From the IMG/VR virus record IMGVR_UViG_3300032280_000786, positions 1 to 64,000 of that record: a DNA stretch of 64,000 nucleotides. The stretch is one strand, 5' to 3'. The position numbers and the translations under genes were made by a program. This document shows positions 10,834 through 21,589 of the stretch, piece by piece (within the stretch, counting starts at the first letter, position 1; every line of letters starts with the position of its first letter). The DNA comes from a virus. Its lineage: Duplodnaviria > Caudoviricetes. The notes under the pieces are model-generated. The model was not told where the DNA came from, made no database searches, and was given only the letters and a program-made list of their open reading frames with translations.

Positions 10834-11925
10834 TTATTCTATATTAAAATGCTTTCTTAATGTTTCAAATGCCATTTCTCTTTGTTTACCAAAGTATTTC
10901 GCAGAACCACTTACTCTTATGATGTTAAGATTTGCCATTACTTTTACAAAGTTAATAACATCTTTTGGAAGTACAATAATGTCTGATGCTTTACACATAT
11001 CAATTATTGCTTTGTTAGAAGGTAACTTTTGGTTTACTTTAGTATCCTCTGTAAAGATAACTTGTAACATTTCTTCGTATAGTAACCATTTTTGATAATT
11101 TGGATCTTTCTCAATCTTATCTCTAAATTCTTTATATGATCTAAACTTATAATATTCTGCAAAGTAAACTCCTGCTAAGATTGTTAACTCAATTAAAGTT
11201 GATATAATTACAAACATTAAAGAGTTTTTACTATTGTCTTCTTTTTGTGTAGAAGATTCAGTTGTTACAGACTTAGTATGCTCTTCTAATTTAGTTTTTA
11301 ACTCTGTATCTTTTTCTTTTATCTTAGTATCTAAATCTGTTTTTTGTTTACCTAAGTCAGCAATAGTTTCTTTTTGATCTTTACTTAATCTTTGTGTAAC
11401 TGCTAAACTTTGTAAATTTGTGAGCATTTCATCCTTAGATTTAAAATCATCTTTTAAACTTTTAATTTCATCGTTGTAAACTTTAGTTATACTATCATTG
11501 TAAGTTTTAATAGTTTCTTTACTTTGTGTTTCTATTGCATCACTTTTTGATGAAAACTCTGCTGCTCCCTTTATCGATGCATAAAAAGATAAACTGATAA
11601 TAAGAATGCTTAAAAGAAAAAGAGGAAGTACTTCTTTCTTTAAACCATTTAATTTTAGATATGATATACTAAAACGATCAAAGATATTCCTTTTTAGAAG
11701 TTCTAACCCACCTAGTAAAAAAATTGATGATACAAAAACAATAGTTAAATTATTGGTTACTACACCTTCAATTATTTTTGATAACATAAAGTATGCCAAG
11801 AATATAGATGCAATATGTCCAAAATATGATAACATTTTAAGTACCGTATTTATAGTTTTATAGTTATGATGAAAACTTTGATTATTTATTGATTCTTCTA
11901 ATTTTTTATACTCATTATATTTCAT
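10834..11925 (-). CDS. Multi-pass membrane protein with coiled-coil loop
   Basis: Three N-terminal hydrophobic segments, a long K/E-rich coiled coil, then a fourth hydrophobic segment. Confidence 0.7.
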   Translation of the reverse strand: MKYNEYKKLEESINNQSFHHNYKTINTVLKMLSYFGHIASIFLAYFMLSKIIEGVVTNNLTIVFVSSIFLLGGLELLKRNIFDRFSISYLKLNGLKKEVLPLFLLSILIISLSFYASIKGAAEFSSKSDAIETQSKETIKTYNDSITKVYNDEIKSLKDDFKSKDEMLTNLQSLAVTQRLSKDQKETIADLGKQKTDLDTKIKEKDTELKTKLEEHTKSVTTESSTQKEDNSKNSLMFVIISTLIELTILAGVYFAEYYKFRSYKEFRDKIEKDPNYQKWLLYEEMLQVIFTEDTKVNQKLPSNKAIIDMCKASDIIVLPKDVINFVKVMANLNIIRVSGSAKYFGKQREMAFETLRKHFNIE

Positions 11926-12553
11926 ATTCTAATTTATCTTTTTTTATGTCTCTATTTATTTTACTACAAAGAGGTTGTAGATTAGTGTAATGATTTAATT
12001 TTATTATTTCATCTTCTGTTGTTGCAATTGAAAGTGGTCTAATATGGTCTATATCCCATCCATAATTAAATTCACCATTATATTTACCATAATTTTCCCA
12101 AGTCATCCAAGGTTCAAACTTGGATTCTAAATATATTTTTAAATCAATTAGTGATATTCCAATTATTATATTTTTATCTTCAACCTTACTTAAAAAGGAT
12201 CTTCTTAAAATTTTACTAATTGATTCTTTTAGTCTAAAAAGATTGTCATTCTTTCTTTTTTTATAAATATATTTTTTAGAGTTATTTTTAACTAATTCCT
12301 TATTATTCTCATAATAGTCTTTTGACTTTATTAAAATATTCTCCTTATTTTGAATATAATATTTTTTACTATATTCTTTTCTATCATTACTTCTATTATA
12401 TTCCTTAAATTTTTCTTGGTTTTTTTCCTTATAATCCTTGTTTATAATATCTTTACAAGACTTACATTGTCCAATGTGACCATCTTTATAATTTTTCCCT
12501 TTGTAGAAATTTTCGAGAGATTTTAACTCATTACAACTTGAACATATTTTCAT
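11915..12553 (-). CDS. HNH-family homing endonuclease
   Basis: N-terminal CxxC..CxxC; WENYG...WDIDHIRPLS...NHYTNLQPLCSKINRDIK. Confidence 0.85.
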   Translation of the reverse strand: MKICSSCNELKSLENFYKGKNYKDGHIGQCKSCKDIINKDYKEKNQEKFKEYNRSNDRKEYSKKYYIQNKENILIKSKDYYENNKELVKNNSKKYIYKKRKNDNLFRLKESISKILRRSFLSKVEDKNIIIGISLIDLKIYLESKFEPWMTWENYGKYNGEFNYGWDIDHIRPLSIATTEDEIIKLNHYTNLQPLCSKINRDIKKDKLEYEI

Positions 12554-12583
12554 CTTAAATTATATATTTCTTTTATATATTAA

Positions 12584-12724
12584 TTATTTGTCCGTCCCTT
12601 TTGATTTTTCTCTCAAAATGTATTTACTCTCATTAGATTTACATTTACGATTACAGTATAATTTATTAACTCGTCCTTCTATTAGCCTACCACAATTTCT
12701 ATATTTACAGATTCTTACTTTCAT
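12584..12724 (-). CDS. 46-aa Cys4 zinc-finger mini-protein
   Basis: Hand-found MKVRICKYRNCGRLIEGRVNKLYCNRKCKSNESK... Confidence 0.65.
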   Translation of the reverse strand: MKVRICKYRNCGRLIEGRVNKLYCNRKCKSNESKYILREKSKGTDK

Positions 12725-13052
12725 CTTCTGTTAATATAATTTTTCCAGAAAATCTTTCCTTCCACGTTAGTTTTCTACTCTTTAAAGAGTTTATTAAGTT
12801 ATCTTTATCAGCAACTTTAACTTGTGCATCAAACTCACTTTTTTTAGTATTTTCAAGTTGTTCTTCTAATTTCTTGATAGTTTCTTCTAAACTCATTTTA
12901 GTTTGTTCATTTCTACCTTGAAAGAATCTATGAAAGTATCTCCATTTAGTAAGAAGATACCTGAATTCTGAAGGTGAATAATCACCTTCATTAAACTCAC
13001 TTGTCATTAAAAAGTTAAGTATCTCTTCATCATTTAACTCTGAAATCTTCAT
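12705..13052 (-). CDS. Hypothetical coiled-coil protein
   Basis: 115-aa ORF abutting the AAA gene. Confidence 0.7.
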   Translation of the reverse strand: MKISELNDEEILNFLMTSEFNEGDYSPSEFRYLLTKWRYFHRFFQGRNEQTKMSLEETIKKLEEQLENTKKSEFDAQVKVADKDNLINSLKSRKLTWKERFSGKIILTEDESKNL

Positions 13053-14135
13053 TTATTTTAATCCTATTTTTTTATATTCTTTACTATAAGTATTTCTAAT
13101 TATATCAATTAGTTTTGTTTTGTTTTTGTATTTCTTCTTGTGTCCCAAGTGTTTACTTAATTCAGTTGATTCTTCTTCATTTAAGTATTTAAACTCAATA
13201 ACATCTATTAAAGAGTTACATTCCAATAAAGCATGATCAATTTCAACTTCATCTTCAACATTAAAAATTGTTATAACATTGACTTGTATCGAATCTGATA
13301 AAAGTCCTTCTACCATTTGTAAAAGATTATTAACGTATATATTAGATTTTGTAAATAGTTCATTGAAAATCATCTCACAATCGTCAATAACAATGATAGG
13401 TCGATGAAATTTTCTTAAAAAGCTTCTAAAATCTGAGTTATTTAAGGTAGCTTCTAACAAACTATTTGGTATATAAATAACCATCCTATCAACTTTATCG
13501 GTGATATAACTAATTGCACTAGTTTTTCCCGTACCTCTTTCACCGTAAAGAATACTTAATCCTTTATCTGCCTTTTTAATTGTTTTACATAGTTTATTGA
13601 CTGATTTTAATGTTTCTTCTGTAAAGAAAAGTTCTACATTGTCATCTAAATCAACTCTTGAGATTGGTTCAATTTCTAAACCAGTCGGTGCAATATAAAT
13701 TGTATTTAATTTACTACAGGTTTCATCATCATCTTCAAAATCTACTTGACAGTCTATTAAAGCATTTGTTATTTCATCTACTAATGTAGAATCATCTTGA
13801 TAACTTTTGAAATAAAAACTTATTTCGTGTATAAATGACGAATCACTTTCTCTATCTAATAAAATATAGGAAATATAAATGGTTTCAGATACTTTAATAA
13901 AATAAATATCATTTATAATATCAAAATCATCCGCAGGAATTACCTCACTAGAAAAACTTTTTTCTAATGTATATTTGTCAATAACCTCGTTAAATTGATT
14001 TTTTGAGTAGTTTTGATAGATTTTGATTTTATTTGGTCTATCACCAAAAACATTCCAACAATAAAGAAAGTTATTATCATCTCCCTCATTGCTTATATTT
14101 ATTGATAATTTCGTATTTTTTTTTACGGATTTCAT
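13053..14135 (-). CDS. AAA+ ATPase
   Basis: Walker A GERGTGKT, Walker B IIVIDDCE. Confidence 0.85.
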   Translation of the reverse strand: MKSVKKNTKLSINISNEGDDNNFLYCWNVFGDRPNKIKIYQNYSKNQFNEVIDKYTLEKSFSSEVIPADDFDIINDIYFIKVSETIYISYILLDRESDSSFIHEISFYFKSYQDDSTLVDEITNALIDCQVDFEDDDETCSKLNTIYIAPTGLEIEPISRVDLDDNVELFFTEETLKSVNKLCKTIKKADKGLSILYGERGTGKTSAISYITDKVDRMVIYIPNSLLEATLNNSDFRSFLRKFHRPIIVIDDCEMIFNELFTKSNIYVNNLLQMVEGLLSDSIQVNVITIFNVEDEVEIDHALLECNSLIDVIEFKYLNEEESTELSKHLGHKKKYKNKTKLIDIIRNTYSKEYKKIGLK

Positions 14136-14197
14136 AAAAAATGGTTTTTTCTTTTTATATATAGATTACAATATAAACTATAAACTATTACATTTTT

Positions 14198-14413
14198 ATG
14201 AGAAAAACAGAATTAGATTCTATCCTAATGGTGAATTTGTACTTTACAGGTTGTAAATTACAAAATCCCTATTGTTCTAGAACCGAAACGGTTAGAAAAT
14301 ATTTAGCAAAAAGAATAAACAAAGCTCTAGTTGAAAGAAATAGTACTGGTCGTACTTCACTAACAAGTAAAGCTTTTGTCTTTCTTGGTTTGTTTTTAAT
14401 AACAAACTTTTAG
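14198..14413 (+). CDS. Possible small hypothetical protein
   Basis: The only ORF filling this 270-nt gap; no motif. Confidence 0.35.
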   Translation: MRKTELDSILMVNLYFTGCKLQNPYCSRTETVRKYLAKRINKALVERNSTGRTSLTSKAFVFLGLFLITNF

Positions 14414-14760
14414 TTATTTTCTTTTACTTCCTCAGTTGTTTCCTCAGTCTCCGATTGAGGTGCGGTTTCATCTACTACTGGTACATCAATAACATTATCA
14501 ACAATAGGTCCATCAAATGTTGGTCCATCAAATGTTAGTAAATCTCCATCAAAAGATAAAGGTCCTCCACCAATCATTGGTCCACTCATCATAGGTCCTG
14601 CTTGTACATTATCAAACAAACCTTTCTCCTGTTCTTGTTTAATTAAGTTCATTATGAATTCTTTTTGTGCTTTTTGAACTCTAGCACTTTCATTTTTAAC
14701 TACTACATTACGTGCTGCCACTTTTTGTTTGTGATTCTTTCTTGCTTTAGATTTCGGCAT
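14410..14760 (-). CDS. Hypothetical protein (basic N-terminus, acidic tail)
   Basis: MPKSKARKNHKQK...; low-complexity DGP repeats. Confidence 0.75.
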   Translation of the reverse strand: MPKSKARKNHKQKVAARNVVVKNESARVQKAQKEFIMNLIKQEQEKGLFDNVQAGPMMSGPMIGGGPLSFDGDLLTFDGPTFDGPIVDNVIDVPVVDETAPQSETEETTEEVKENN

Positions 14761-14805
14761 AATTATAATTTTAATTTTTATTTATATATGATTTACTCAA
14801 ATAGT

Positions 14806-17800
14806 TTAAAATGTAAACTCATAATTAAGATCTTTATTTTGTTCAATAAACATATCTAAGTCGTCTCTATTTAAAAACGACTTCGTTGTACCATCTGGTA
14901 ATTTAACTTCATACATAAATCCTTGAACCGCTGGATTTAAAGTATCAACCGAATTAGTATTTGAGCCAGTAATTGGATTTGGTATGTTATTACCATTACT
15001 ACTTGTTGCACCTTTTGGCTCAATACCATCTAAAACCTTTTTAATGTCTTCAGGTGACATACTTGTTGTGTCTTCAGGTACTATTTTTATAAGAGGTGCT
15101 TTAATTAAAGCTTCTATACCAAATAAAGACCAAATAAAATTAATTACACCATTAATAAACTTCTGTAACATTTGAAAGATTACTAACAATCTTAATGGTT
15201 GAACACCCTTCAATAAATCTTTATATTGATCTGGTGTATAATTTGGTAATTTTGGAATCATATTAAGACTAATATACTTACTTAAATCTGCAACTGGTGG
15301 TTTCCCAACATTAAACTTACCTTTGGCAGATGCAGCAATTGCTGCATAAGGTATTAAAGTAAGCGGGTTAAACTTCACTCCAAATATATCTAAGATACCA
15401 GTTGGTGTAAAAAATTTAAGAATCCATTGGAAAGATAAGAACTCTTTCATTTTACTAGCTAATGTCATTGGATTTGTCAAACTCTTAAAGAAGTCAAACA
15501 TCCACTTTATTATATCTGCGACTACCTTAATAGGAAAGGTTGTTATACCTAAAATTGTTTTTAATAAAGGTTGTATATTTTTAGCAAGATCATTGTTCTT
15601 TTCACTTAACTCTTTCTTTTTATCATCAATTACCGAATCATTAGGAAAGTTTTTCTTAGCTTCATCTAACTTCTCACTAGCTTTATCTAAATCTTCTTGT
15701 GTACCACTTTGTAATAAAACATCTACATCAGCAAGAGTTGTATTTAATTCCTCAGTAACGTAAATAAAATTGTACTTATTTTGATTTGTTAAAACAAATG
15801 TTTGTACAGAATCTTTAGGTATATATGTTACTGAACCATCTTCAAATTTTATTTGAACTTTATCCACATCTTCATTAGGATTAATTGTTTGATTCTTGAA
15901 TGGTGGTTGTTTATCTAAAGCAGATAACTGACTTTGTACCGGTGTTTTTAAACTCGTTATCTCTTGCGTTTTAACGGTATTAAATGGTTGATTAGTATTC
16001 TTAGCAGTTGGTTTTGCATTATCCATTAAATATCGAACATTTTTAAAAATACCTTTTGTATCCGGAAAGATTAACTTCAATGGTGGTTTATTAGGAACAT
16101 CAGCCATATTCATTGCCATACCAAAGTTTAATTTCTTACCTAATACATTTAACGGAATTGTTGCGGCACCATCTAATGTAAATATAGTAGAAAGATTACT
16201 TTCATCTAAATAAGCATAGTTGGCTAGTATTGAATTCTTATAAAAGTTTGTTAGTTTATTCGCTAGTTCTTTCTTTTTATCTACCACTTGTTGTAAACTT
16301 TTAACATTTTCTTCTGCTTTCTTTTGAACGTCTGTTGCCATTTTTTGTGCTTGTGTAAACTCTAAATAACTTTTATTGGAAGATTCTCCTAAAATTTTAC
16401 CGGCAGTTCTACTAGCATCAACTCGAATTGAATCAATCTTTTTATTTATATCTTCTATTCCACTAAATTGTCCAGATATTTGACTCTTCAATTGTCCTGC
16501 TTTTTGAAATGTTGATATGGCATCCGGTGTTAAAAATTCAAAGTTCTTACTTAGTTTTTCAGACATTATATCTGTTACAAACTTTGCTGGATTTTGAAAG
16601 AGTGTCATCAGTTTACTAATCTTAGGAAGTAATTTAACTCCTATATCAATAAGTAATCTAATAAATACCCCAATAGCTCCAATCGCGTGAGGTAGTCTGT
16701 ACCAACCACCACCGCCACCTTTACCACGACCATTGTTTAATCTTTTACCATTGTCATCGGTTTCAAATTCGTTATCTACTTTTAATACACCTTCAACAAT
16801 GTAGTATGATTCCTCATCTAAGTCAGTTAAAGCATATCTTTTTATTATACCTAATGTTTGTGGATCATCAGGTGCACCGTGTCCATACCAATCTTCTTTA
16901 ATAAATAAATCGGATGTTGTTAAAAAGTTATTAGTAACTTGAGTTGGATCAATAATTTTAGAATTACTAAATCTGTCATCAATCTTTAATCCCCAAATAG
17001 GTATTGTTTTATCTTTAAAATCAATAGTATCTTTTTCATAATTTATGATAATATTTCTTTCTATACCAAATGGTGGTAGATTTATACCAGTGTTAGGTCC
17101 TCTAAATCTTTCATCATAAATGTAATACCATCTTTTAATTATACCATCCTCTGAATAAACTGCTGCTTTTGTATCACCTAAAAAGTTTATACCATTTCTA
17201 ATATAATTATTTGCGGTTGATGAGTAATACCAAACACCATTTCTTTTAGTAATACTATATATGTCAGGTGGTTGTGTTTGTGATGTTGACGTTCCATCAA
17301 TCCCAAATATCTTTTTTGGTGGTCTATCAACTGTCCATTGGTAATAATTTCTAGTAAATTTAGCGGGTGCTAAATCGGACCAAACACTTATATTAAATGT
17401 ATTAGTATTCTTAATTGTATTATTCTCATAGTTCCAATTCTCAAATGTGTAATCACCTATATTTTCAAATGTCTGAGTATCTGCACCATTTTTTGATATA
17501 CTTAAACTAAAAGTAGCACTATTAGAAAAAGAAAATTTAGTTCTATTCTTAACAAACTTTCTAATACTCGTTCTTACTTCAGGTGCTCCTACTGCATCTA
17601 AGTATTCAATAGAAGTAACAGGATCAATACGAATAACTTTCATATCGTAATCAGCTTCTGGATCTACCCAAATCATACCTGCTTTTTCACCTCTTTGATT
17701 TGCTAGTTTAACTAAACTTTCATCTTTAGCGGCCTCTGGCACAAATATTTGGTAGGGTTTATAAGACTTCTTCATCTCTTCAGGGAAAGGAATTTTATTA

Positions 17801-19260
17801 TTTACTTTCTTATAAATTGAAGCTCTACTATGTCCGTATAAAAAGGATAACTCTATTTGAGGTTTTATATCTAAACGTTCATTTATATCTTTATTTGTTT
17901 GTACCTTTTCTTCTTTTGATAAATCAGTACCATTTAATCCAATGTCAATTAAATCATTATAGTATTTTTTATGACTTTCAGATTCAATTGCATCAAAACT
18001 TTGTATTACCGGATCTTTCGGTATTGCAGGGTTACCAGTTAAAATATTTTTTTCACCTCTTTTATACTTTTTAATTGAAAAATCTGGTCCTGGTTTTTTC
18101 TTACTTACTCTTGTAGTGTATCTACCAAATAATTGTGCTTCCCAAACATAATTAGGTGTTCCAAAATTTGGCCATTCTATTACTCCTTGTGGTAGTTTCC
18201 ACTTTGGTGATCTTAAAATCCAATCCGCTCTTTTGAACGGAGTCACTTCTTCTGTTCTATCATTACCTTTCAAACCAATAGTTTTTAAGTATTCACTAGG
18301 ATCAACAGGTTCTCCTTTAGAATTATAAATACCAAAAATCATTGACTTTGGTTTATAATTATCATAAGGATCAGTATCTTCTATTTGTACTGGATCAACT
18401 TCTGGTAATGGTTCATCTGCTGGTAAGTTTATATAAGTATAAGTATAATCAACATTAGGTTCAAATGTTCCTGTTGAGTAAACGGTAGAAATAACTTTCC
18501 AATTTTGACTAGTAAATCCACTTGTATTTACATTTTGATTAGTTATATTTAACGTAACATTATTAGGATTTGAACTTGTACCACCAATCTTTGAAGTATC
18601 TTTTTTAACCGTACTTGCTTGAATTGAATTAAGTTTCTGTAACTTTTCTTTTGTCTCTGCCGCACCTTTATACCCAATTGCTTTAGGTCTTGCTTTACCA
18701 GAACCTGAATTACCTTTAGGTTTTCTTGACTTAACCGTTAAAGGATCACCAAAGAAAGGCATTACTCTTGCAATAACATCTTCTGCTTTGGCAACTGAAC
18801 CAATAGCAACACCAACAATTTCCATAAATGGTTTTTGTGTTTCAAAGATAGATTGTAAAGTAGTTTTCTCAAAAGCTTTGAAACCGGTCATACTAAACTC
18901 ATCCGGTATTTTAATTTGATCTTTTGGTATTACAAACTTATTACCTTTTTTGAATTTACTTATATCGGAAACATCAATTTTATTTTGTTTAGCAAATTGT
19001 TTAAATATTTCTTCATTTTTAGAAGCAAGAGGACTATTCATATTTTTGAATAACATATTCTTGATAAAGGAATCACTGATTCCTAAATCTCCCTCTGCAA
19101 ACTTTTGTATATAATCTGTGTTTGGTAGTACTAAACCTGTTGAAGAGTTTAGTCCAATTGATTTAGATGCTTCACTAAGAGGTCCAAAGAAAGCTAATGA
19201 TACATTGTAGTTACCTGAACCCAACGGTCCGTAATATGGATATAATGGTGATAATGACAT
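14806..19260 (-). CDS. Large hypothetical protein, probably virion (1484 aa)
   Basis: Uninterrupted ORF preceded by ATATATAGTTTATG; no recognised family. Confidence 0.7.
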   Translation of the reverse strand: MSLSPLYPYYGPLGSGNYNVSLAFFGPLSEASKSIGLNSSTGLVLPNTDYIQKFAEGDLGISDSFIKNMLFKNMNSPLASKNEEIFKQFAKQNKIDVSDISKFKKGNKFVIPKDQIKIPDEFSMTGFKAFEKTTLQSIFETQKPFMEIVGVAIGSVAKAEDVIARVMPFFGDPLTVKSRKPKGNSGSGKARPKAIGYKGAAETKEKLQKLNSIQASTVKKDTSKIGGTSSNPNNVTLNITNQNVNTSGFTSQNWKVISTVYSTGTFEPNVDYTYTYINLPADEPLPEVDPVQIEDTDPYDNYKPKSMIFGIYNSKGEPVDPSEYLKTIGLKGNDRTEEVTPFKRADWILRSPKWKLPQGVIEWPNFGTPNYVWEAQLFGRYTTRVSKKKPGPDFSIKKYKRGEKNILTGNPAIPKDPVIQSFDAIESESHKKYYNDLIDIGLNGTDLSKEEKVQTNKDINERLDIKPQIELSFLYGHSRASIYKKVNNKIPFPEEMKKSYKPYQIFVPEAAKDESLVKLANQRGEKAGMIWVDPEADYDMKVIRIDPVTSIEYLDAVGAPEVRTSIRKFVKNRTKFSFSNSATFSLSISKNGADTQTFENIGDYTFENWNYENNTIKNTNTFNISVWSDLAPAKFTRNYYQWTVDRPPKKIFGIDGTSTSQTQPPDIYSITKRNGVWYYSSTANNYIRNGINFLGDTKAAVYSEDGIIKRWYYIYDERFRGPNTGINLPPFGIERNIIINYEKDTIDFKDKTIPIWGLKIDDRFSNSKIIDPTQVTNNFLTTSDLFIKEDWYGHGAPDDPQTLGIIKRYALTDLDEESYYIVEGVLKVDNEFETDDNGKRLNNGRGKGGGGGWYRLPHAIGAIGVFIRLLIDIGVKLLPKISKLMTLFQNPAKFVTDIMSEKLSKNFEFLTPDAISTFQKAGQLKSQISGQFSGIEDINKKIDSIRVDASRTAGKILGESSNKSYLEFTQAQKMATDVQKKAEENVKSLQQVVDKKKELANKLTNFYKNSILANYAYLDESNLSTIFTLDGAATIPLNVLGKKLNFGMAMNMADVPNKPPLKLIFPDTKGIFKNVRYLMDNAKPTAKNTNQPFNTVKTQEITSLKTPVQSQLSALDKQPPFKNQTINPNEDVDKVQIKFEDGSVTYIPKDSVQTFVLTNQNKYNFIYVTEELNTTLADVDVLLQSGTQEDLDKASEKLDEAKKNFPNDSVIDDKKKELSEKNNDLAKNIQPLLKTILGITTFPIKVVADIIKWMFDFFKSLTNPMTLASKMKEFLSFQWILKFFTPTGILDIFGVKFNPLTLIPYAAIAASAKGKFNVGKPPVADLSKYISLNMIPKLPNYTPDQYKDLLKGVQPLRLLVIFQMLQKFINGVINFIWSLFGIEALIKAPLIKIVPEDTTSMSPEDIKKVLDGIEPKGATSSNGNNIPNPITGSNTNSVDTLNPAVQGFMYEVKLPDGTTKSFLNRDDLDMFIEQNKDLNYEFTF

Positions 19261-19294
19261 AAACTATATATTCAAAGAAAAGGTATTCCTAAAA

Positions 19295-19303
19295 TAATAT
19301 ATA
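19295..19303 (+). promoter_or_regulatory. Putative late promoter TAATATATA (back-to-back with a minus-strand copy)
   Basis: 4 nt before ATG 19308; the divergent partner lies at 19264-19271. Confidence 0.65.
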
Positions 19304-19307
19304 AGTT

Positions 19308-20189
19308 ATGAAGTATTTAAAAAGATTTGATGAACGATTAGGTATATCTCAAGACATGGAACAACAAGTCGAAGGTTATATGAAAATTATTAGAGAAAGA
19401 CCTATTTCTAAAGTTTTTAAATTACTTTATCAATGTGATTTAGGTAGTTACTTTTTCAAATTAGTTATTGACTCAAAGATAAGTTCAGAAGGTTTTTTTA
19501 CAGGATCTCCTACCTACATAGGTGATTTAGAGATATATTTAAAAGATAGAGAAGATGAATCTACATTATTACATGAGGTTAAACATTTAGATTATTATTT
19601 AAGAAAGAAAGGTAAAACTAAGAATATCTATAATAGAATGGAGAGATCTATATCTAATAGTGATGAGAAAAAAGTTAGTAAAAGAACTCTAGGATTATTG
19701 GAACATATTTTTTATATCTATGATGAGAATGAATTTCAATCTAAATACACATCATTTTATAAAGAATTTGATTTATTTCTATCAAAACAGAATAAGGAAT
19801 TTACTACAACTGAAATAAGAGAACTATTTTTTGATTATAAAAAATGGAGTGACGATACTACATTTAGTTGGTATACCGTGGCGAGTGACTATAATTTCAC
19901 CTTTGATAAGTTTGTTGATAAAGATGAGTTAAGAGTTGTATTTAATTATATTATTTCAGAACATTCAAGAAAAACTTTTAAAAATCCTTATTTAGATTTT
20001 CTTAGTTACTTGGCAGCAGACATAAAGAAAAATATAAAAATTAGGTTTAAGTTATTTACTGATAGAGAAAAGTTAGAAATAGAAAAAGTAATAAAATTCT
20101 TTGAAAAAGATATAAGTAGAAGAATACAAAAGTATAAAAAAAGAATGTCACGTATAGTAACTTTAGCGTGTGAAAAATATGTAAAATAA
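19308..20189 (+). CDS. HEXXH-motif (zincin-like) protein with capsid-targeting-like N-terminus
   Basis: MKYLKRFDE; STLLHEVKHLDY; downstream ENEFQS. Confidence 0.65.
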   Translation: MKYLKRFDERLGISQDMEQQVEGYMKIIRERPISKVFKLLYQCDLGSYFFKLVIDSKISSEGFFTGSPTYIGDLEIYLKDREDESTLLHEVKHLDYYLRKKGKTKNIYNRMERSISNSDEKKVSKRTLGLLEHIFYIYDENEFQSKYTSFYKEFDLFLSKQNKEFTTTEIRELFFDYKKWSDDTTFSWYTVASDYNFTFDKFVDKDELRVVFNYIISEHSRKTFKNPYLDFLSYLAADIKKNIKIRFKLFTDREKLEIEKVIKFFEKDISRRIQKYKKRMSRIVTLACEKYVK

Positions 20190-20215
20190 AAAAGAGAACT
20201 AATGTTCTCTTTTTT
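20188..20215. terminator. Bidirectional intrinsic terminator
   Basis: AAAAAAGAGAAC-TAAT-GTTCTCTTTTTT between convergent genes. Confidence 0.85.
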
Positions 20216-21589
20216 TTAATCTTCTAATCCTTCTGTTTTCTTTGTTGAAATCATATAGTTAAATCTACTTGATAGATCAAACTTATATTTAGCAGTTAAT
20301 CTACCCGACATCTCGTGACTAAACTTAACTACGATTGTCATCTCTAATAATTTTTTATCATCTAATCCTAAAATCATTTTAACTTTAAAATCATTATTCT
20401 CTTCTTCTTCACTAACCGTAAAGTTTACGTGATAATCAAACTTAATCTTTAAATCATCATAATTTGTACGGAAGAAATCTCTCTCTGGTAAATAGTTGAA
20501 TATATTACCATTACCACTTAAATAATAAACTGGTCTTTCAGTACAACCCATCTTATCAATAAGTACTTTAAATAATTTCATTTTAACTGCACCTTCAGCT
20601 GATTTGAATCCGTCATCTAACTTTTTAATGTCATCTACAAAATTAGATTTTAATGATGTTGTAAATAAGTTTTCTAAGATTTTAGAATTTAATATAACTA
20701 TTTTAACCTCAGACCATTCTTGATAAACTCTTTCTGGATCCATAAAACAATTATCTCTATTCTTCCATATTTCTGACATCAAATCAGGAAATTTAAGAAT
20801 GTTTTTATTGAAATCTTTAATGAATTCTCCTAAGTGTTTGTATTTATGATCTGAATGTCTTAAATCAAAGTACTCAAAGTAACCTAAACTTTCAATTCTT
20901 TTAGAATCAATAAACTTTTCAATGTGTAATTGAATGTTTTTATTTGCATTCTCATATAATATTCTAACCCACTCTTGAGTTAATTTATCCCATTTAGGTA
21001 AGTATTCTTGTTTAAATAGTAAATCTAAATCTTGTCCAATCAATTCTTCTGCAAATGTATTGAACGAAGCAGTTTTTTGAGAGGATAAGTTTTTATTTAA
21101 AAAGAAAGAGTATTGATTACCATTATCTAATTCAATAATAAGATCTTCCTCGTGGTCATCATCTTTACTTAAATTCCAATATACATTTGAGATCTCTTCT
21201 GATGTTAACTTTGTATCTGGTAAAAGTTTATCAATGATACTTCTTGATATTGTTCTTGAATCTATAAGTATCTTCCAATCTTTTTCTATATCAAAAGTTA
21301 GAGATTCAAAAGTACTATTTATTTTACTTGTATCATCATCTTCAACACACTTACCATCTACAAACTTACCTAGTTTTAATCTATTTTTTGCTAATAATAA
21401 ATTTTTTAGGTCTGTTAAGAATATATTTGAATTTTCACTATATCGTGCCTTTAATCCTCTATCTAAAATTGAGTCTAAAAATTCATTATTGATTAATAGC
21501 ATAGAAACACAAATATCTCTTACAACATTTTTAACGGTTGTATTTTCTTTAGATTCTTTAAATAAGTAATATTTTTTAAGCCATTTCAT
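20216..21589 (-). CDS. Hypothetical protein with capsid-targeting-like N-terminus
   Basis: MKWLKKYYLFKE; 457 aa. Confidence 0.75.
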   Translation of the reverse strand: MKWLKKYYLFKESKENTTVKNVVRDICVSMLLINNEFLDSILDRGLKARYSENSNIFLTDLKNLLLAKNRLKLGKFVDGKCVEDDDTSKINSTFESLTFDIEKDWKILIDSRTISRSIIDKLLPDTKLTSEEISNVYWNLSKDDDHEEDLIIELDNGNQYSFFLNKNLSSQKTASFNTFAEELIGQDLDLLFKQEYLPKWDKLTQEWVRILYENANKNIQLHIEKFIDSKRIESLGYFEYFDLRHSDHKYKHLGEFIKDFNKNILKFPDLMSEIWKNRDNCFMDPERVYQEWSEVKIVILNSKILENLFTTSLKSNFVDDIKKLDDGFKSAEGAVKMKLFKVLIDKMGCTERPVYYLSGNGNIFNYLPERDFFRTNYDDLKIKFDYHVNFTVSEEEENNDFKVKMILGLDDKKLLEMTIVVKFSHEMSGRLTAKYKFDLSSRFNYMISTKKTEGLED

